Below, piece after piece: positions 35,319 through 45,355 of a stretch of DNA of 49,915 bases (position 1 is the first letter of the stretch; every line of letters starts with the position of its first letter). The notes under the pieces are model-generated. The model saw only the letters and a program-made list of their open reading frames with translations. It searched no databases and was not told the DNA's origin. Source of the DNA: Rickettsiales bacterium (GTDB lineage Bacteria > Pseudomonadota > Alphaproteobacteria > Rickettsiales > UBA1997); assembly GCA_035470525.1 (NCBI GenBank), contig DATIQT010000118.1:1-49915 (forward strand), written 5' to 3'. A program made the translations under genes and the position numbers.

Positions 35319-36338
35319 ATGAAGATAGAAAAAATAAAAATAGAGAAAGAAGTTTTAGATAATAATTTTTTGTTCTATCTTTTTTTAAAAGAACTAAATT
35401 CTGCTAATAGACTTAATAGTGAAGAAATTAATGAAATATTAAATATATATTACTTTAATAAAAAAAATGCATATGGTAATGTATTAGAACAAATAGAAAA
35501 ATATATTCTCACAATTAAAGAGAATGTAAAGCGTGGATGTTTTTTAAATATTTTATCTAGAATTGATAAAGAATTTAAATTAGTTTTGTTTATATTTTCT
35601 TTAGAATTAATAAAAATAAAACCTCTTTTATTATCAGAATCTGATATTTATTGTTCAAATATTATAATAAAGAATAGCAATGTAAATAAATTATCTTTGG
35701 AATTTGATAATTTAAATAAAGATTATCCTTATTATAAAAGAATTAGTTGTGCTTTACTTTCCTTAATTTTTTTTCAAAAAATAGAAAGTAATGAATTAAA
35801 TTTTATGTCTGAAGATAGCGCAGTATATCTTAAATATTTAGCTGATGAGTTTAATTATTTAAAAAAATATAATATAGAAGCAAATCAAATATTCATGCTA
35901 ATGTTTACAGAATCTGTTAATCAGTCAATAAAATCAAGCGCTGGTGGTAGTTATGAAGATAGGATAGAAAATGTTCTTATATCAATTGGTCTTGAAAAAA
36001 AAGATATAAAAAAAATTCATGATAATCAAGACAAATCAACAGAATATGATTTTTTCTTTTCTTACAAAAACAGAACATATGGTATAGGAGCAAAAAGAAC
36101 TTTAAGAGAAAGATATAAGCAATTTATTAAAACTTCATATTCTTCTAAAATAGATGTTATGATAGAAATCACTTTAGGTTTGGATTTGACCGAAGAAAAA
36201 TTAAAAACAATAAAGCAACATGATATATATTTATTTGTAGCTGATGAAATTTTTGAAAATCAAAAATTTTTACACAATGATAGTTGTGTTTATCCAGCAA
36301 GTAAATTAAGCCTAAAAACATTGGAAAATTTAAAATGA
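35319..36338 (+). CDS. Putative type II restriction endonuclease (PD-(D/E)XK-like C-terminal half), partner of the methyltransferase
   Basis: 339 aa. It starts 3 nt after the dcm stop. The C-terminal segment ..SYEDRIE....EYDFFF....YGIGAKRTLRERYKQ resembles the D...K-(T/S)-x-(R/K)-(D/E)-R-(W/Y)-(K/R)-Q signature recalled from the EcoRII-C, SsoII, PspGI and DpnII-type nucleases. The N-terminal ~170 aa are unassigned. Confidence 0.6.
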   Translation: MKIEKIKIEKEVLDNNFLFYLFLKELNSANRLNSEEINEILNIYYFNKKNAYGNVLEQIEKYILTIKENVKRGCFLNILSRIDKEFKLVLFIFSLELIKIKPLLLSESDIYCSNIIIKNSNVNKLSLEFDNLNKDYPYYKRISCALLSLIFFQKIESNELNFMSEDSAVYLKYLADEFNYLKKYNIEANQIFMLMFTESVNQSIKSSAGGSYEDRIENVLISIGLEKKDIKKIHDNQDKSTEYDFFFSYKNRTYGIGAKRTLRERYKQFIKTSYSSKIDVMIEITLGLDLTEEKLKTIKQHDIYLFVADEIFENQKFLHNDSCVYPASKLSLKTLENLK

Positions 36339-39300
36339 CCCCTCCAACCTTCATCCACTTACGAAATCACACAGAATACTCCATATGTGCTGGAGCATTA
36401 AAAATCAAAAAGCTAGTTGCTAAAGCGAAAGGTTTTGGTATGCCGGCTGTTGCTATGACTGATACTGGTAATATGTTTGGAGTGTTGGAGTATTCTTGTG
36501 CTGCGAAAGATGAGGGTATTCAACCTATTATTGGTGTTGAGTTTTTGGTTGAAGCTAAGCAATATTTTGAAAAAGAAGATGGTGATCCTTTTGGTGAAAA
36601 GAATTTTTGTAAGCTTGTTTTGATAGCGCAGACTGATGAGGGTTATTATAATCTTGTTGCTTTGGCTAGTGAGAATTTTTTGAAGAGAAAGGGAAATATT
36701 GAACCGCATATTGATTTTGAGTGGTTGAAGGAAAAAAGTGCTGGTGTGATTTGTTTGACTGGTGGTTATGAAGGTTTGGTTGGTAAGTTATTGCTTAAGA
36801 AAAAACCTGATTTAGCTGAGAAGATTTTGTTGGAATTAAAAGAAATTTATGGTGATAGGCTTTATGTTGAGTTGTTGAGGCATGGTATTAAGGAGGAAAT
36901 GGAAACTGAACAAAGTTTTATTGATTTGGCTTATAAACATAATTTGCCACTTGTTGCGACTAATGATTGTTATTTCTTGGAAAAGAAAATGTTTAAGGCT
37001 CAAGATGTTTTGTCTTGCATTGCTACTGGTAGATATATTACTGAGCAGGATAGAAAAAGACAAACGGAACAGCATTATTTTAAAAGTCAGGAAGAAATGG
37101 CTGAGTTGTTTGCTGATATACCGGAAGCTATTGAAAATACTATTGTTATTGCTAAACGAATTTCAACGATGGCTTATAAGAGAAAGTCGACTTTGCCGCA
37201 TTTTAATTTACCTGAGGGAAAAAGTGAAGCTGATGCTATGAGGGAAATTAGTATTAAGGGACTTGAGGAAAGACTTGCTCAGAAGTATATTAATGAAAAA
37301 ATTACTGATGAGAAGGAAAAAAAGAAAATTCATGATGAATATTTTGAGCAATTGGAATTTGAGCTTGATGTTATTACTAAAATGGATTTTCCGGGCTATT
37401 TTTTGATTGTGGCGGATTTTATAGTTTGGAGTAAAACCCATGATGTTCCAATAGGACCGGGTAGGGGATCTGGTGCTGGTTCTGTTGTTGCTTGGGCTAT
37501 GAAAATTACTGATTTAGATCCAATAAGATTTCAGTTGTTTTTTGAAAGATTTTTAAATCCAGAAAGAGTTTCAATGCCTGATTTTGATATAGACTTTTGT
37601 CAGAGAGGAAGAGAGCGTTCTATTAAATATGTACAAGAAAAATATGGCTATGATATGGTTGCACAGATTATTACTTTTGGTAAGTTGCAATCTAAGTTGG
37701 TTATAAAAGATGTGGGTAGGGTGCTTCAAATGTCTTACGGAGAGGTTGATAAGATTAGTAAGATGATACCGATGAATGCGACACTTGAGGAAGCTTTGGA
37801 GCAAGATGAAGATTTAAGAATGCAACAACAAAAAGATCCGCAAATTGGTGAATTGATTAGTATTGCACTTGAACTTGAAGGACTGAATAGGCACTCATCA
37901 GTACACGCTGCTGGTGTTGTGATTGGAGATAAACCATTACAAAAGATTTGTGCTTTGTATTCTGATGGTGTTGATGGGTCAATGCCTGTGGTTCAATATA
38001 GTATGAAATATGCTGAAAGTGTTGGGCTTGTGAAATTTGACTTTTTGGGATTGAAAACTCTTACGATTATTAAAGATGCTTTAGATTATATAAAGGAAAG
38101 AGATATTACAATTGATATTGATAATATTCCTTTGGATGATAAGGGTGTTTATAATATGCTTGTTGAAGGTGATTCCTTAGGTGTGTTCCAAGTTGAATCT
38201 ACTGGTATGAAATCAATGTTGAAACAAATTAAACCAGACAATATTGAGGATATTATAGCGCTGGTGTCTTTGTATAGACCTGGCCCTATGGGAAGTATTC
38301 CAACATATATTGCTAGAAAACATCATTTAGAAGAGATTGAATATTTGCACCCAAAAATGGAGCCAATTTTAAAAGATACTTATGGTATTATAATCTATCA
38401 AGAGCAGGTTATGAATATTGCAAAATCGCTTGCTGGTTATACTTTAGGTGGTGCGGATTTACTCAGAAGAGCTATGGGTAAAAAGATTAAAGAAGAAATG
38501 GATAAGCAACGAGATGTTTTTGTTGAGGGTGCTAAAAAGTTTAGTGATATTGGTAGCGATTTAGCAAATAAAATTTTTGATTTATTGGCAAAATTTGCTG
38601 AGTATGGATTTAATAAAGCCCATGCGGCAGCTTATGCTGTTATTAGTTATCAAACTGCATATTTAAAGCATTATTTTCCAGTTGAGTATATGATTGCTAC
38701 AACAAATATGGATATTGCAGATAGTGATAAAACGAATTTCTATTTGGCGGATTTGAGGGCTCATGGAGTTAAAATTTTACCACCAGATATTAATAAATCA
38801 GGTAGTTTGTTTAAAGTTGAAAGAATACAAAAAGACAATATGCCACCATCTAAGGATATAATTTTCAAAAATGCTAAAAAATATCATAGAGAGGAAGAAC
38901 TTGCAGTACGATATGGTTTTGCGGGTATAAAAGGTGTTGGAGAAAGTGTTGCTGATGATATTGTTGCAGAAAGAAATAAAAATGGTGATTTTAAGACTAT
39001 TTTTGATTTTGTTGAAAGAATGAATGGAAAAGTTATAAACAAAAAAACAATGGAAGCATTAGCAAAAGCTGGTGCATTTGATAATATACATCAAAATAGG
39101 AAACAAATTCACGATTCTTGCGAAGTTCTAAGTAAATATTGTGTAAGCTTTAATGAAGAAAAGAATAGTTCTCAATTATCACTTTTTGGTGGAATGGGTA
39201 TAACTAATAGTATAAAGCCTGTGTTAGCAAGAACCGATGATTGGATTGGTGTTGAAAAATATCAAAAGGAATTTGAAGCATTTGGTTTTTATTTAGCTGG

Positions 39301-40042
39301 ACACCCACTTGATTCTTTAAAAACAACACTTGATGAAAGAGGTATAACTTATTCAAATGAATTAGATACTGATGCGATAGTTGATGGGGATAAAATTAGA
39401 GTTGCTGGTGTTGTAATTTCAACAAGTATCAAATCAAGTGATAAGGGAAGATATGCCTTCATTAGTATTTCTGACTCAAAAGGAATGATTGAAGTTGCCT
39501 TATTCAATAATGATTTAATAATAGCACATAAAGATTGGCTGGACGATAAAGAGCATTTACATCTTGAATTTGACTGTATGATTAAAAAAGATGATGGTGG
39601 ATTTAGAGTTATTGCGAATGATTTTCAATTATTGCAGGACTTTATAAAAAATAATAAACCGAATACACTACAAAAAATAACTCACAGACAGCCTAAAAGA
39701 GATTGGAGTAAATCTTGGCAACAAGGAGGGGAGGGTGGATTTTACAAAAAGAAAGAAGAAAAGAAATTAAGCGATGATCCTATTATTGCAAAAAAAATGG
39801 CTGAATCAGAAAAAATGATTGAGAAAATCGATATTTATATAAAAAATCAAATGCCATTAAGGGATTTATCAAAAGTTTTGAATTTATGTAAAAAAGAAGG
39901 TGCAAAAACTTGGACTAAGATTGTTTTACATATCACGGGAGGAGAGAAAGAAGTTTTGGTAGATTTGGGCGAGGGGTATCAAATTTATCCGCTGGAGAAG
40001 AAGAGAATTGTGGAGACGGCGGGGGTGGAGAAGATAGAATAG
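36335..40042 (+). CDS. dnaE: DNA polymerase III alpha subunit
   Basis: 1235 aa. PHP N-terminus F.HL..HTEYS. Catalytic region GPGRGSGAGS.VA and PDFDIDF. HhH and OB regions. ATGA overlap with the stop of the preceding endonuclease-like gene. Confidence 0.95.
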   Translation: MTPPTFIHLRNHTEYSICAGALKIKKLVAKAKGFGMPAVAMTDTGNMFGVLEYSCAAKDEGIQPIIGVEFLVEAKQYFEKEDGDPFGEKNFCKLVLIAQTDEGYYNLVALASENFLKRKGNIEPHIDFEWLKEKSAGVICLTGGYEGLVGKLLLKKKPDLAEKILLELKEIYGDRLYVELLRHGIKEEMETEQSFIDLAYKHNLPLVATNDCYFLEKKMFKAQDVLSCIATGRYITEQDRKRQTEQHYFKSQEEMAELFADIPEAIENTIVIAKRISTMAYKRKSTLPHFNLPEGKSEADAMREISIKGLEERLAQKYINEKITDEKEKKKIHDEYFEQLEFELDVITKMDFPGYFLIVADFIVWSKTHDVPIGPGRGSGAGSVVAWAMKITDLDPIRFQLFFERFLNPERVSMPDFDIDFCQRGRERSIKYVQEKYGYDMVAQIITFGKLQSKLVIKDVGRVLQMSYGEVDKISKMIPMNATLEEALEQDEDLRMQQQKDPQIGELISIALELEGLNRHSSVHAAGVVIGDKPLQKICALYSDGVDGSMPVVQYSMKYAESVGLVKFDFLGLKTLTIIKDALDYIKERDITIDIDNIPLDDKGVYNMLVEGDSLGVFQVESTGMKSMLKQIKPDNIEDIIALVSLYRPGPMGSIPTYIARKHHLEEIEYLHPKMEPILKDTYGIIIYQEQVMNIAKSLAGYTLGGADLLRRAMGKKIKEEMDKQRDVFVEGAKKFSDIGSDLANKIFDLLAKFAEYGFNKAHAAAYAVISYQTAYLKHYFPVEYMIATTNMDIADSDKTNFYLADLRAHGVKILPPDINKSGSLFKVERIQKDNMPPSKDIIFKNAKKYHREEELAVRYGFAGIKGVGESVADDIVAERNKNGDFKTIFDFVERMNGKVINKKTMEALAKAGAFDNIHQNRKQIHDSCEVLSKYCVSFNEEKNSSQLSLFGGMGITNSIKPVLARTDDWIGVEKYQKEFEAFGFYLAGHPLDSLKTTLDERGITYSNELDTDAIVDGDKIRVAGVVISTSIKSSDKGRYAFISISDSKGMIEVALFNNDLIIAHKDWLDDKEHLHLEFDCMIKKDDGGFRVIANDFQLLQDFIKNNKPNTLQKITHRQPKRDWSKSWQQGGEGGFYKKKEEKKLSDDPIIAKKMAESEKMIEKIDIYIKNQMPLRDLSKVLNLCKKEGAKTWTKIVLHITGGEKEVLVDLGEGYQIYPLEKKRIVETAGVEKIE

Positions 40043-40147
40043 ATTTTAACTATTTAATTAATTTTTGAAATATGTTTTTGGATAATAAAATAATTATTAT
40101 ATTTAAAATTAAAATAATTAACTTAAAGTTTTAGCGGTTTATTTTTG

Positions 40148-40351
40148 AATAGACCTCCTGCAAATAAAATTTTTCCTCAAAAAATAATTTCTACAAAAAA
40201 GATAAGGATATTCCGAAGGACTTTTGAAGTAGAAATTAGAATTTTGAGGAAAATTATTTTAAAATTATAATTTGATTTACTCTGCTGAGTATTGAAATTG
40301 TTCAAATTTTATTTGCAGGAGGTCTAATAATTATATTTGTAGGAAGTCTAT
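40148..40351. repeat. Palindromic member of the dispersed repeat family (two modules back to back, plus a degenerate extra terminus)
   Basis: The left terminus aatagacctcctgcaaata begins at 40148. The right terminus tatttgcaggaggtcta ends at 40325. A degenerate third terminus tatttgtaggaagtctatt lies at 40333-40351. 40148-40222 matches the reverse complement of 45165-45238. 40228-40325 matches the reverse complement of 13814-13912. Confidence 0.75.
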
Positions 40352-40394
40352 TAATAAAAATTTAAAAAAATTTTGTTATTATTTAAAAATCAAC

Positions 40395-40423
40395 TTGCAA
40401 AAAATTAAGAAAAGTTCTATTAT
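40395..40423 (+). promoter_or_regulatory. Candidate sigma-70 promoter for the OMF-RND operon
   Basis: TTGCAA, a 17-nt spacer, then TATTAT. The -10 element ends 44 nt upstream of the ATG at 40468. Confidence 0.4.
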
Positions 40424-40467
40424 ATACATAAAAATAAGTATATAATAATTATATAGGTAAGTGTTTA

Positions 40468-41931
40468 ATGAGACGTTTATTTGCAAGTCTTAGAGTGGCG
40501 TTTGTCATATGTTCATTTTTTATATCATTTATAGAAGTGAGCTATGCTAAGATGACTAATAGTAGTGATGAAAAAAAGTTAATTTTAGATCAGTATTTAA
40601 TGCAAGTTAAGGATCAAAATGGTTTATATAGAAATTATGAAGAGCAGATGATGTCTAACAAACTGAATATAAGTACTAAGGATTTATTAACTTCTCCAAC
40701 TATGTTTGCTAATACTGGATATACAACTGATTATAAGACTTCAACAGAATATGGGTTGACTTATGATCACAAAAATTATGTTGATTATAATATTGGTATT
40801 CAACAAAATACTGATTTTGGTTTGAATGCAAAAATATATTATGATGTTAATAAAACTACGTTTGTGGATCCAAATCCAAATACTACAGAAAATATGAGTT
40901 TGGGAAGTTTTAATATTGAATTGGAACAAGATTTGTTGAGTAATGCATTTGGTCAAACAACAAGAGCTAATAAAAAGTTAACGGAAAATGTAAGTTTGGC
41001 TATGTATTATAATACAAAATATTCTTTGCAACAGTTGTTACAGAATGCTGAAAATACATATTGGAATTTAGTTATTTTGAGTGAAATTACAAAAGTTAAA
41101 GCTGAAACTGTTAAGCAAAATCAAGAAATGGAAAATTATACCTCTAAAAAGGTTAAAATGAATTTGATGGATAAGTCGAATGAATTGCAATCAAGGGCAG
41201 CTTTGGAATTGGCAAAGTTAAATTTACAAGAAGCTCAAGAAAATGAAAAAAGTATGATTAAGTCTTTTAATTCTATAGCTGGTGTGGAATCTGATGTTTT
41301 GGAGGATGGTTTGGTTGAAGTTCCTTGGGATTATTTAGAAAATTATAAAGTTGATAAAGGTTATAATTCAACATCTCAAGTAAAGTATTTGGAAAAGGCT
41401 GTTGAGGCGAGCAAAGCTAATAGTATAGTTAATAAGAATAAGTACAAACCTACTTTAAAATTGCTTGCTAGTTATTCATCTAATGCTGAAGATAATGAAA
41501 TTAACCAGTCATTGAAGAATATAGATGATACGGATCGTCCAACTGGGTATGTTGGTTTGAGTTTTTCTATACCGTTGAATTTTTCAGCTATTAGTGATTT
41601 TAATGAGTCTGTAAATAAGTCTAGAAATGCTATTAAATTGCAATATCAACAGCAAATTATAAATGATAAAGTAAATTGGAATAATTTGTTGAATAAGTTG
41701 GAATACGCTCAAGCTAGATTAAAGCTTGCTAGACAAGTTGAAGATATTCAAGAACAAAAATTGAATAATGAAATTAAGAGATGGAAAAATGGAATAAGTT
41801 CTACTTATCAAGTATTGCAATTCCAGACTGAATTTACGGAATCTAGATTGAATTCCTTAAGTATAGCTAATGAAATATTTAGTATAATTGCGAATTTAAA
41901 ATTATTTGAAACTGAAGAAGGTAATATATAA
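40468..41931 (+). CDS. TolC-family outer membrane efflux protein (OMF)
   Basis: 487 aa. Signal-like N-terminus ending in SYA. Two-fold repeated coiled-coil/beta organisation. The C-terminal G.SS.Y.VL..Q.....S.L......... pattern is typical of the OEP family. Confidence 0.75.
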   Translation: MRRLFASLRVAFVICSFFISFIEVSYAKMTNSSDEKKLILDQYLMQVKDQNGLYRNYEEQMMSNKLNISTKDLLTSPTMFANTGYTTDYKTSTEYGLTYDHKNYVDYNIGIQQNTDFGLNAKIYYDVNKTTFVDPNPNTTENMSLGSFNIELEQDLLSNAFGQTTRANKKLTENVSLAMYYNTKYSLQQLLQNAENTYWNLVILSEITKVKAETVKQNQEMENYTSKKVKMNLMDKSNELQSRAALELAKLNLQEAQENEKSMIKSFNSIAGVESDVLEDGLVEVPWDYLENYKVDKGYNSTSQVKYLEKAVEASKANSIVNKNKYKPTLKLLASYSSNAEDNEINQSLKNIDDTDRPTGYVGLSFSIPLNFSAISDFNESVNKSRNAIKLQYQQQIINDKVNWNNLLNKLEYAQARLKLARQVEDIQEQKLNNEIKRWKNGISSTYQVLQFQTEFTESRLNSLSIANEIFSIIANLKLFETEEGNI

Positions 41932-44900
41932 TGAATATAGTTGATTTATCTATTAAAAGACCTATTTTTATGAGTTGTATAGCCATTGTTTTTATGGTTG
42001 TAGGTCTAAAAGCATATAAAATGCTTGGTGTTGATTTATTTCCTGATGTTACAATACCGGTTGTTTCTATTAAAACTACATATCAAGGAGCTGCGCCGAG
42101 GGAAATTGAAACCCAAGTTACAAAATATATAGAAGATGAAGTAAATACTATTTCTGGATTGAAAAGAATAACTTCAGAAAATTATGACTCATTGAGTGTT
42201 GTAATTGCGGAATTTAAACTTGGTACTGATGTAAAATATGCTGAACAAGAAGTTAGAAATAAGGTAAGTCTTATAGAGCATAAATTGCCAGATGATGCTG
42301 ATAAACCAATTATAGAAAGGGTTGACCCAAATGATCAACCAGTTATAGTTTTAGCTTTAAAAGCTGATGGACTTTCTGAGTCTGAATTGTATGATGTTGC
42401 TGATTTATTTGTAAAGACTAAGTTGGAACAGGTAAATGACGTTGGTTCTGTTGATATTATTGGCGGTAGACAAAGAGAAATTCATGTCATTCTCGATAGA
42501 GATGTTTTGAAGGAAAGAGAATTGTCTGCTTCTGCTGTATCTCAGAGACTTTCTGGAGCTGGTGAAAATATTTCAAGTGGAAAAGTTAATAGCGGAAATA
42601 AGGAAATTGCTTTTAAAAGTCTTGGTGAGTTTGGAAACTTGAAAGATGTTGGAGATACTGTGATTAATCTTTATAATAATGATAATCCAACAAGAATTAA
42701 AGATATAGCTACTGTAGAAGATACTTTGGAAGATGAGAGTAGTAGGGTTTATATGAATGGTGAAAAAGTATTAACTTTGCGTGTTTTTAAACAATCAGGA
42801 ACTAATACTTTGGCGGTTGTCAATGGTATTAAAAATAATTTTGATAAGATAAATTCTGAACTTTCTACAATGAAAGGCTCTCCGCGTATTGAATTGATAA
42901 GAGATGGTGGAAGAACTATACAGATGAACGTTAATGATGTTTTTGAAACTATAATAATAACTATTATTTTAACTATTATTGTTATTTATTTATTCTTGCA
43001 AAGCGTGTCTTCTACATTCATTGTGTCAACTGCTATTCCAGTTGCCTTGATTGGTGCGTTTGCATTAATGTTAATCTCAAATTTTACGGTGAATATTATT
43101 AGTTTACTGGCATTGAGTTTGGCTGTGGGTATGGTTATAGATGACGCTATTTTGATTAAAGAGAACGTTTATAGACATGCAGAAATGGGTTATAAAGGTA
43201 AAGAAGCAGCTAGTATTGGTTCTAAACAAGTATTTTTTGCGGTGTTAGCAACAAGTTCCACATTATTAGCGGTTTATGTTCCTGTCGCTTTCATGAAAGG
43301 TGTAATAGGACAATTCTTGAAACAGTTTGGACTTGTTATAGCCTTTACGACGATTATAAGTACACTTAATGCTATTACGATGTCGCCTATGCTTTCTGCA
43401 TATTTGCCAGATAAAATAGAGAGCGAAGAAGAGAAAAAAAGAAGTTTAAAACATAAATTTTTATCTTGGTTTGATGCGTTACAGTCATTAGCTTTAAAAG
43501 GATATTTAAAAGTTCTTAATATAGCTTTAAAAGCACCTTTAATAACGATATTAATCGCTGTCAGTATATTTTTTACTAGTATTTTTATATCAAAATATAT
43601 TCCTAAAACATTCTTGCCTACAGATGATAGTGGAGAATTTGTTATAAATTTTGAATTGCCTGCTGGTTCAAACGTTGAAGCTACTTCACAAGCTGGTTTG
43701 AGAATAAATGATATTTTGAAGCAAGATAAAATTATTGATACTTTATTAATAACTGTTGGTGGTGATAATGAAGTTAATAAGGGAAATATTTATGTAAAAT
43801 TAATTCCTTTTGAGAAAAGAAAACATATTAGCACAACACAGGAAAGAGAGAAGGTTAGACAAGCTTTATCTTCAATAAATGATTTTATAGTTCAGGTTAC
43901 AAATTATAGCCAAACTGGTAGTAGTGAAAGACCATTTTCAATAAACTTAGTTGGTTATGATATGGACGAATTAAAGAAATATGCTAATTTGTTTATGGAT
44001 AAAATTAAGAGTGATCCTAGATTTGTTGAGCCTGATACTAACTATAGAGATGGAAAGCCAGAACTTCAAATTGACTTACTTCCAAAGAAAGCTGAAGAAT
44101 ATGGTATTACGACTTCTGGACTTGGATCTGAACTTAAGGCTGAAGTTGAAGGTTTAACGCCTGCGAAGTATAAAATAAATGGAAATGAGTATGATATTAG
44201 GGTTAGATTGAAGGAGGAACAACGACATCTTAATGATAATTTTGATAAAATTTACATACCGAATATAAATAATAGGTTAATAAAATTATCTGATGTAGCA
44301 ACCGCTAATATGACTATTGGTGCTAGTGTTATTAATAGACAAGATAAAGGTAGATATATACAAATATCTTCAGAAATAGCAAAAGGAGTTGGTTCTGGTG
44401 ATTTAATGAAAGATGCACAAAATATTTTGAAAAATGATTTAAAATTGCCTCCAACAATTAAAATAGCATTTACTGGAACATCTGAAGAATTTAATGAGAT
44501 GGTTGATTCTTTTGGTTCTGCTATATTACTTGGAGTTCTGTTTACTTACTTGATATTAGCAAGTTTATATGAGTCATTTATAACACCTTTCACTATATTG
44601 GTTTCATTACCTTTAGCGATTTGTGGAGCTTTATTTGCTTTATTTATAACACAAGAATCTATAAACTTGATTTCTTTGCTTGGTATTGTGGTTTTAATAA
44701 GTTTGGCAACAAAAAGCGCTATTGTGTTAGTCGATTATACTAATCAAAAAATGTCTGAGGGTAAAGATAGAATACAAGCCTTAAAAGAAGCTTGTGAAAC
44801 TAGATTTAGACCTATTCTTATGAGTGCATTAGCTACGATTATTGGTATGATACCTATTGCTTTAGGAATGAGTGAGGTAGCAAGCCAAAGAGTTAGTATG

Positions 44901-45044
44901 GGTATTGTTGTAATTGGTGGTATGATGACAGCGACAATGTTTACATTGATTATAATACCTTGTGTGTTTATTTATATAGATAGATTTAGATTGTTTTTAG
45001 CAAAATTTGTAGCTAAGCTTTTTAAGTATAATGGAGAAAATTAA
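41931..45044 (+). CDS. RND (AcrB/AcrD/AcrF-family) inner membrane efflux transporter
   Basis: 1037 aa with 12-TM/two-loop architecture. N-terminus S.KRPIF......V....G......L.VD.FPD...P.V.I.T.Y.GA.P.E.E. TM4 segment SL.ALSLAVGMVIDDAI. TAATG overlap with the OMF gene. Confidence 0.9.
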   Translation: MNIVDLSIKRPIFMSCIAIVFMVVGLKAYKMLGVDLFPDVTIPVVSIKTTYQGAAPREIETQVTKYIEDEVNTISGLKRITSENYDSLSVVIAEFKLGTDVKYAEQEVRNKVSLIEHKLPDDADKPIIERVDPNDQPVIVLALKADGLSESELYDVADLFVKTKLEQVNDVGSVDIIGGRQREIHVILDRDVLKERELSASAVSQRLSGAGENISSGKVNSGNKEIAFKSLGEFGNLKDVGDTVINLYNNDNPTRIKDIATVEDTLEDESSRVYMNGEKVLTLRVFKQSGTNTLAVVNGIKNNFDKINSELSTMKGSPRIELIRDGGRTIQMNVNDVFETIIITIILTIIVIYLFLQSVSSTFIVSTAIPVALIGAFALMLISNFTVNIISLLALSLAVGMVIDDAILIKENVYRHAEMGYKGKEAASIGSKQVFFAVLATSSTLLAVYVPVAFMKGVIGQFLKQFGLVIAFTTIISTLNAITMSPMLSAYLPDKIESEEEKKRSLKHKFLSWFDALQSLALKGYLKVLNIALKAPLITILIAVSIFFTSIFISKYIPKTFLPTDDSGEFVINFELPAGSNVEATSQAGLRINDILKQDKIIDTLLITVGGDNEVNKGNIYVKLIPFEKRKHISTTQEREKVRQALSSINDFIVQVTNYSQTGSSERPFSINLVGYDMDELKKYANLFMDKIKSDPRFVEPDTNYRDGKPELQIDLLPKKAEEYGITTSGLGSELKAEVEGLTPAKYKINGNEYDIRVRLKEEQRHLNDNFDKIYIPNINNRLIKLSDVATANMTIGASVINRQDKGRYIQISSEIAKGVGSGDLMKDAQNILKNDLKLPPTIKIAFTGTSEEFNEMVDSFGSAILLGVLFTYLILASLYESFITPFTILVSLPLAICGALFALFITQESINLISLLGIVVLISLATKSAIVLVDYTNQKMSEGKDRIQALKEACETRFRPILMSALATIIGMIPIALGMSEVASQRVSMGIVVIGGMMTATMFTLIIIPCVFIYIDRFRLFLAKFVAKLFKYNGEN

Positions 45045-45045
45045 T

Positions 45046-45238
45046 AATAGACCTCCTGCAAATAACTATATTTAGTCATTTAAACAAATTCTCCCAGTTT
45101 GTTCTGAATATGTGACTAAAGATAGTGTTGAATTATTGGAAAGTTAAGAGGTTTGCTGGAAACAGGTCTATTAAATACTTTGAAATATCCTTGTCTTTTT
45201 TGTAGAAATTATTTTTTGAGGAAAAATTTTATTTACAG
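45046..45238. repeat. Composite member of the dispersed repeat family
   Basis: It starts 2 nt after the RND stop with aatagacctcctgcaaata. An inner sub-element ends in gctggaaacaggtctatt (45145-45162). The outer right terminus is tatttacaggaggtctatt, ending at 45238. An internal hairpin is ctatatttagtca / tgactaaagatag. Confidence 0.75.
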
Positions 45239-45355
45239 GAGGTCTATTAGAACTTCAAACTTTAAAATAACTTTTGTAGTGTAGATTTCTAAAACAAAAT
45301 AACTCCTATTATCTTGAGATAATTAGGAGTTATTATAATTGTAACTTATAAATTA

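Noticed and set aside
35319-36338. vsr (very-short-patch repair endonuclease) as the gene after dcm.
   Set aside because: The ORF is 339 aa, about twice the size of Vsr. It lacks the Vsr-type motifs I remember, such as FVDGCFWH.
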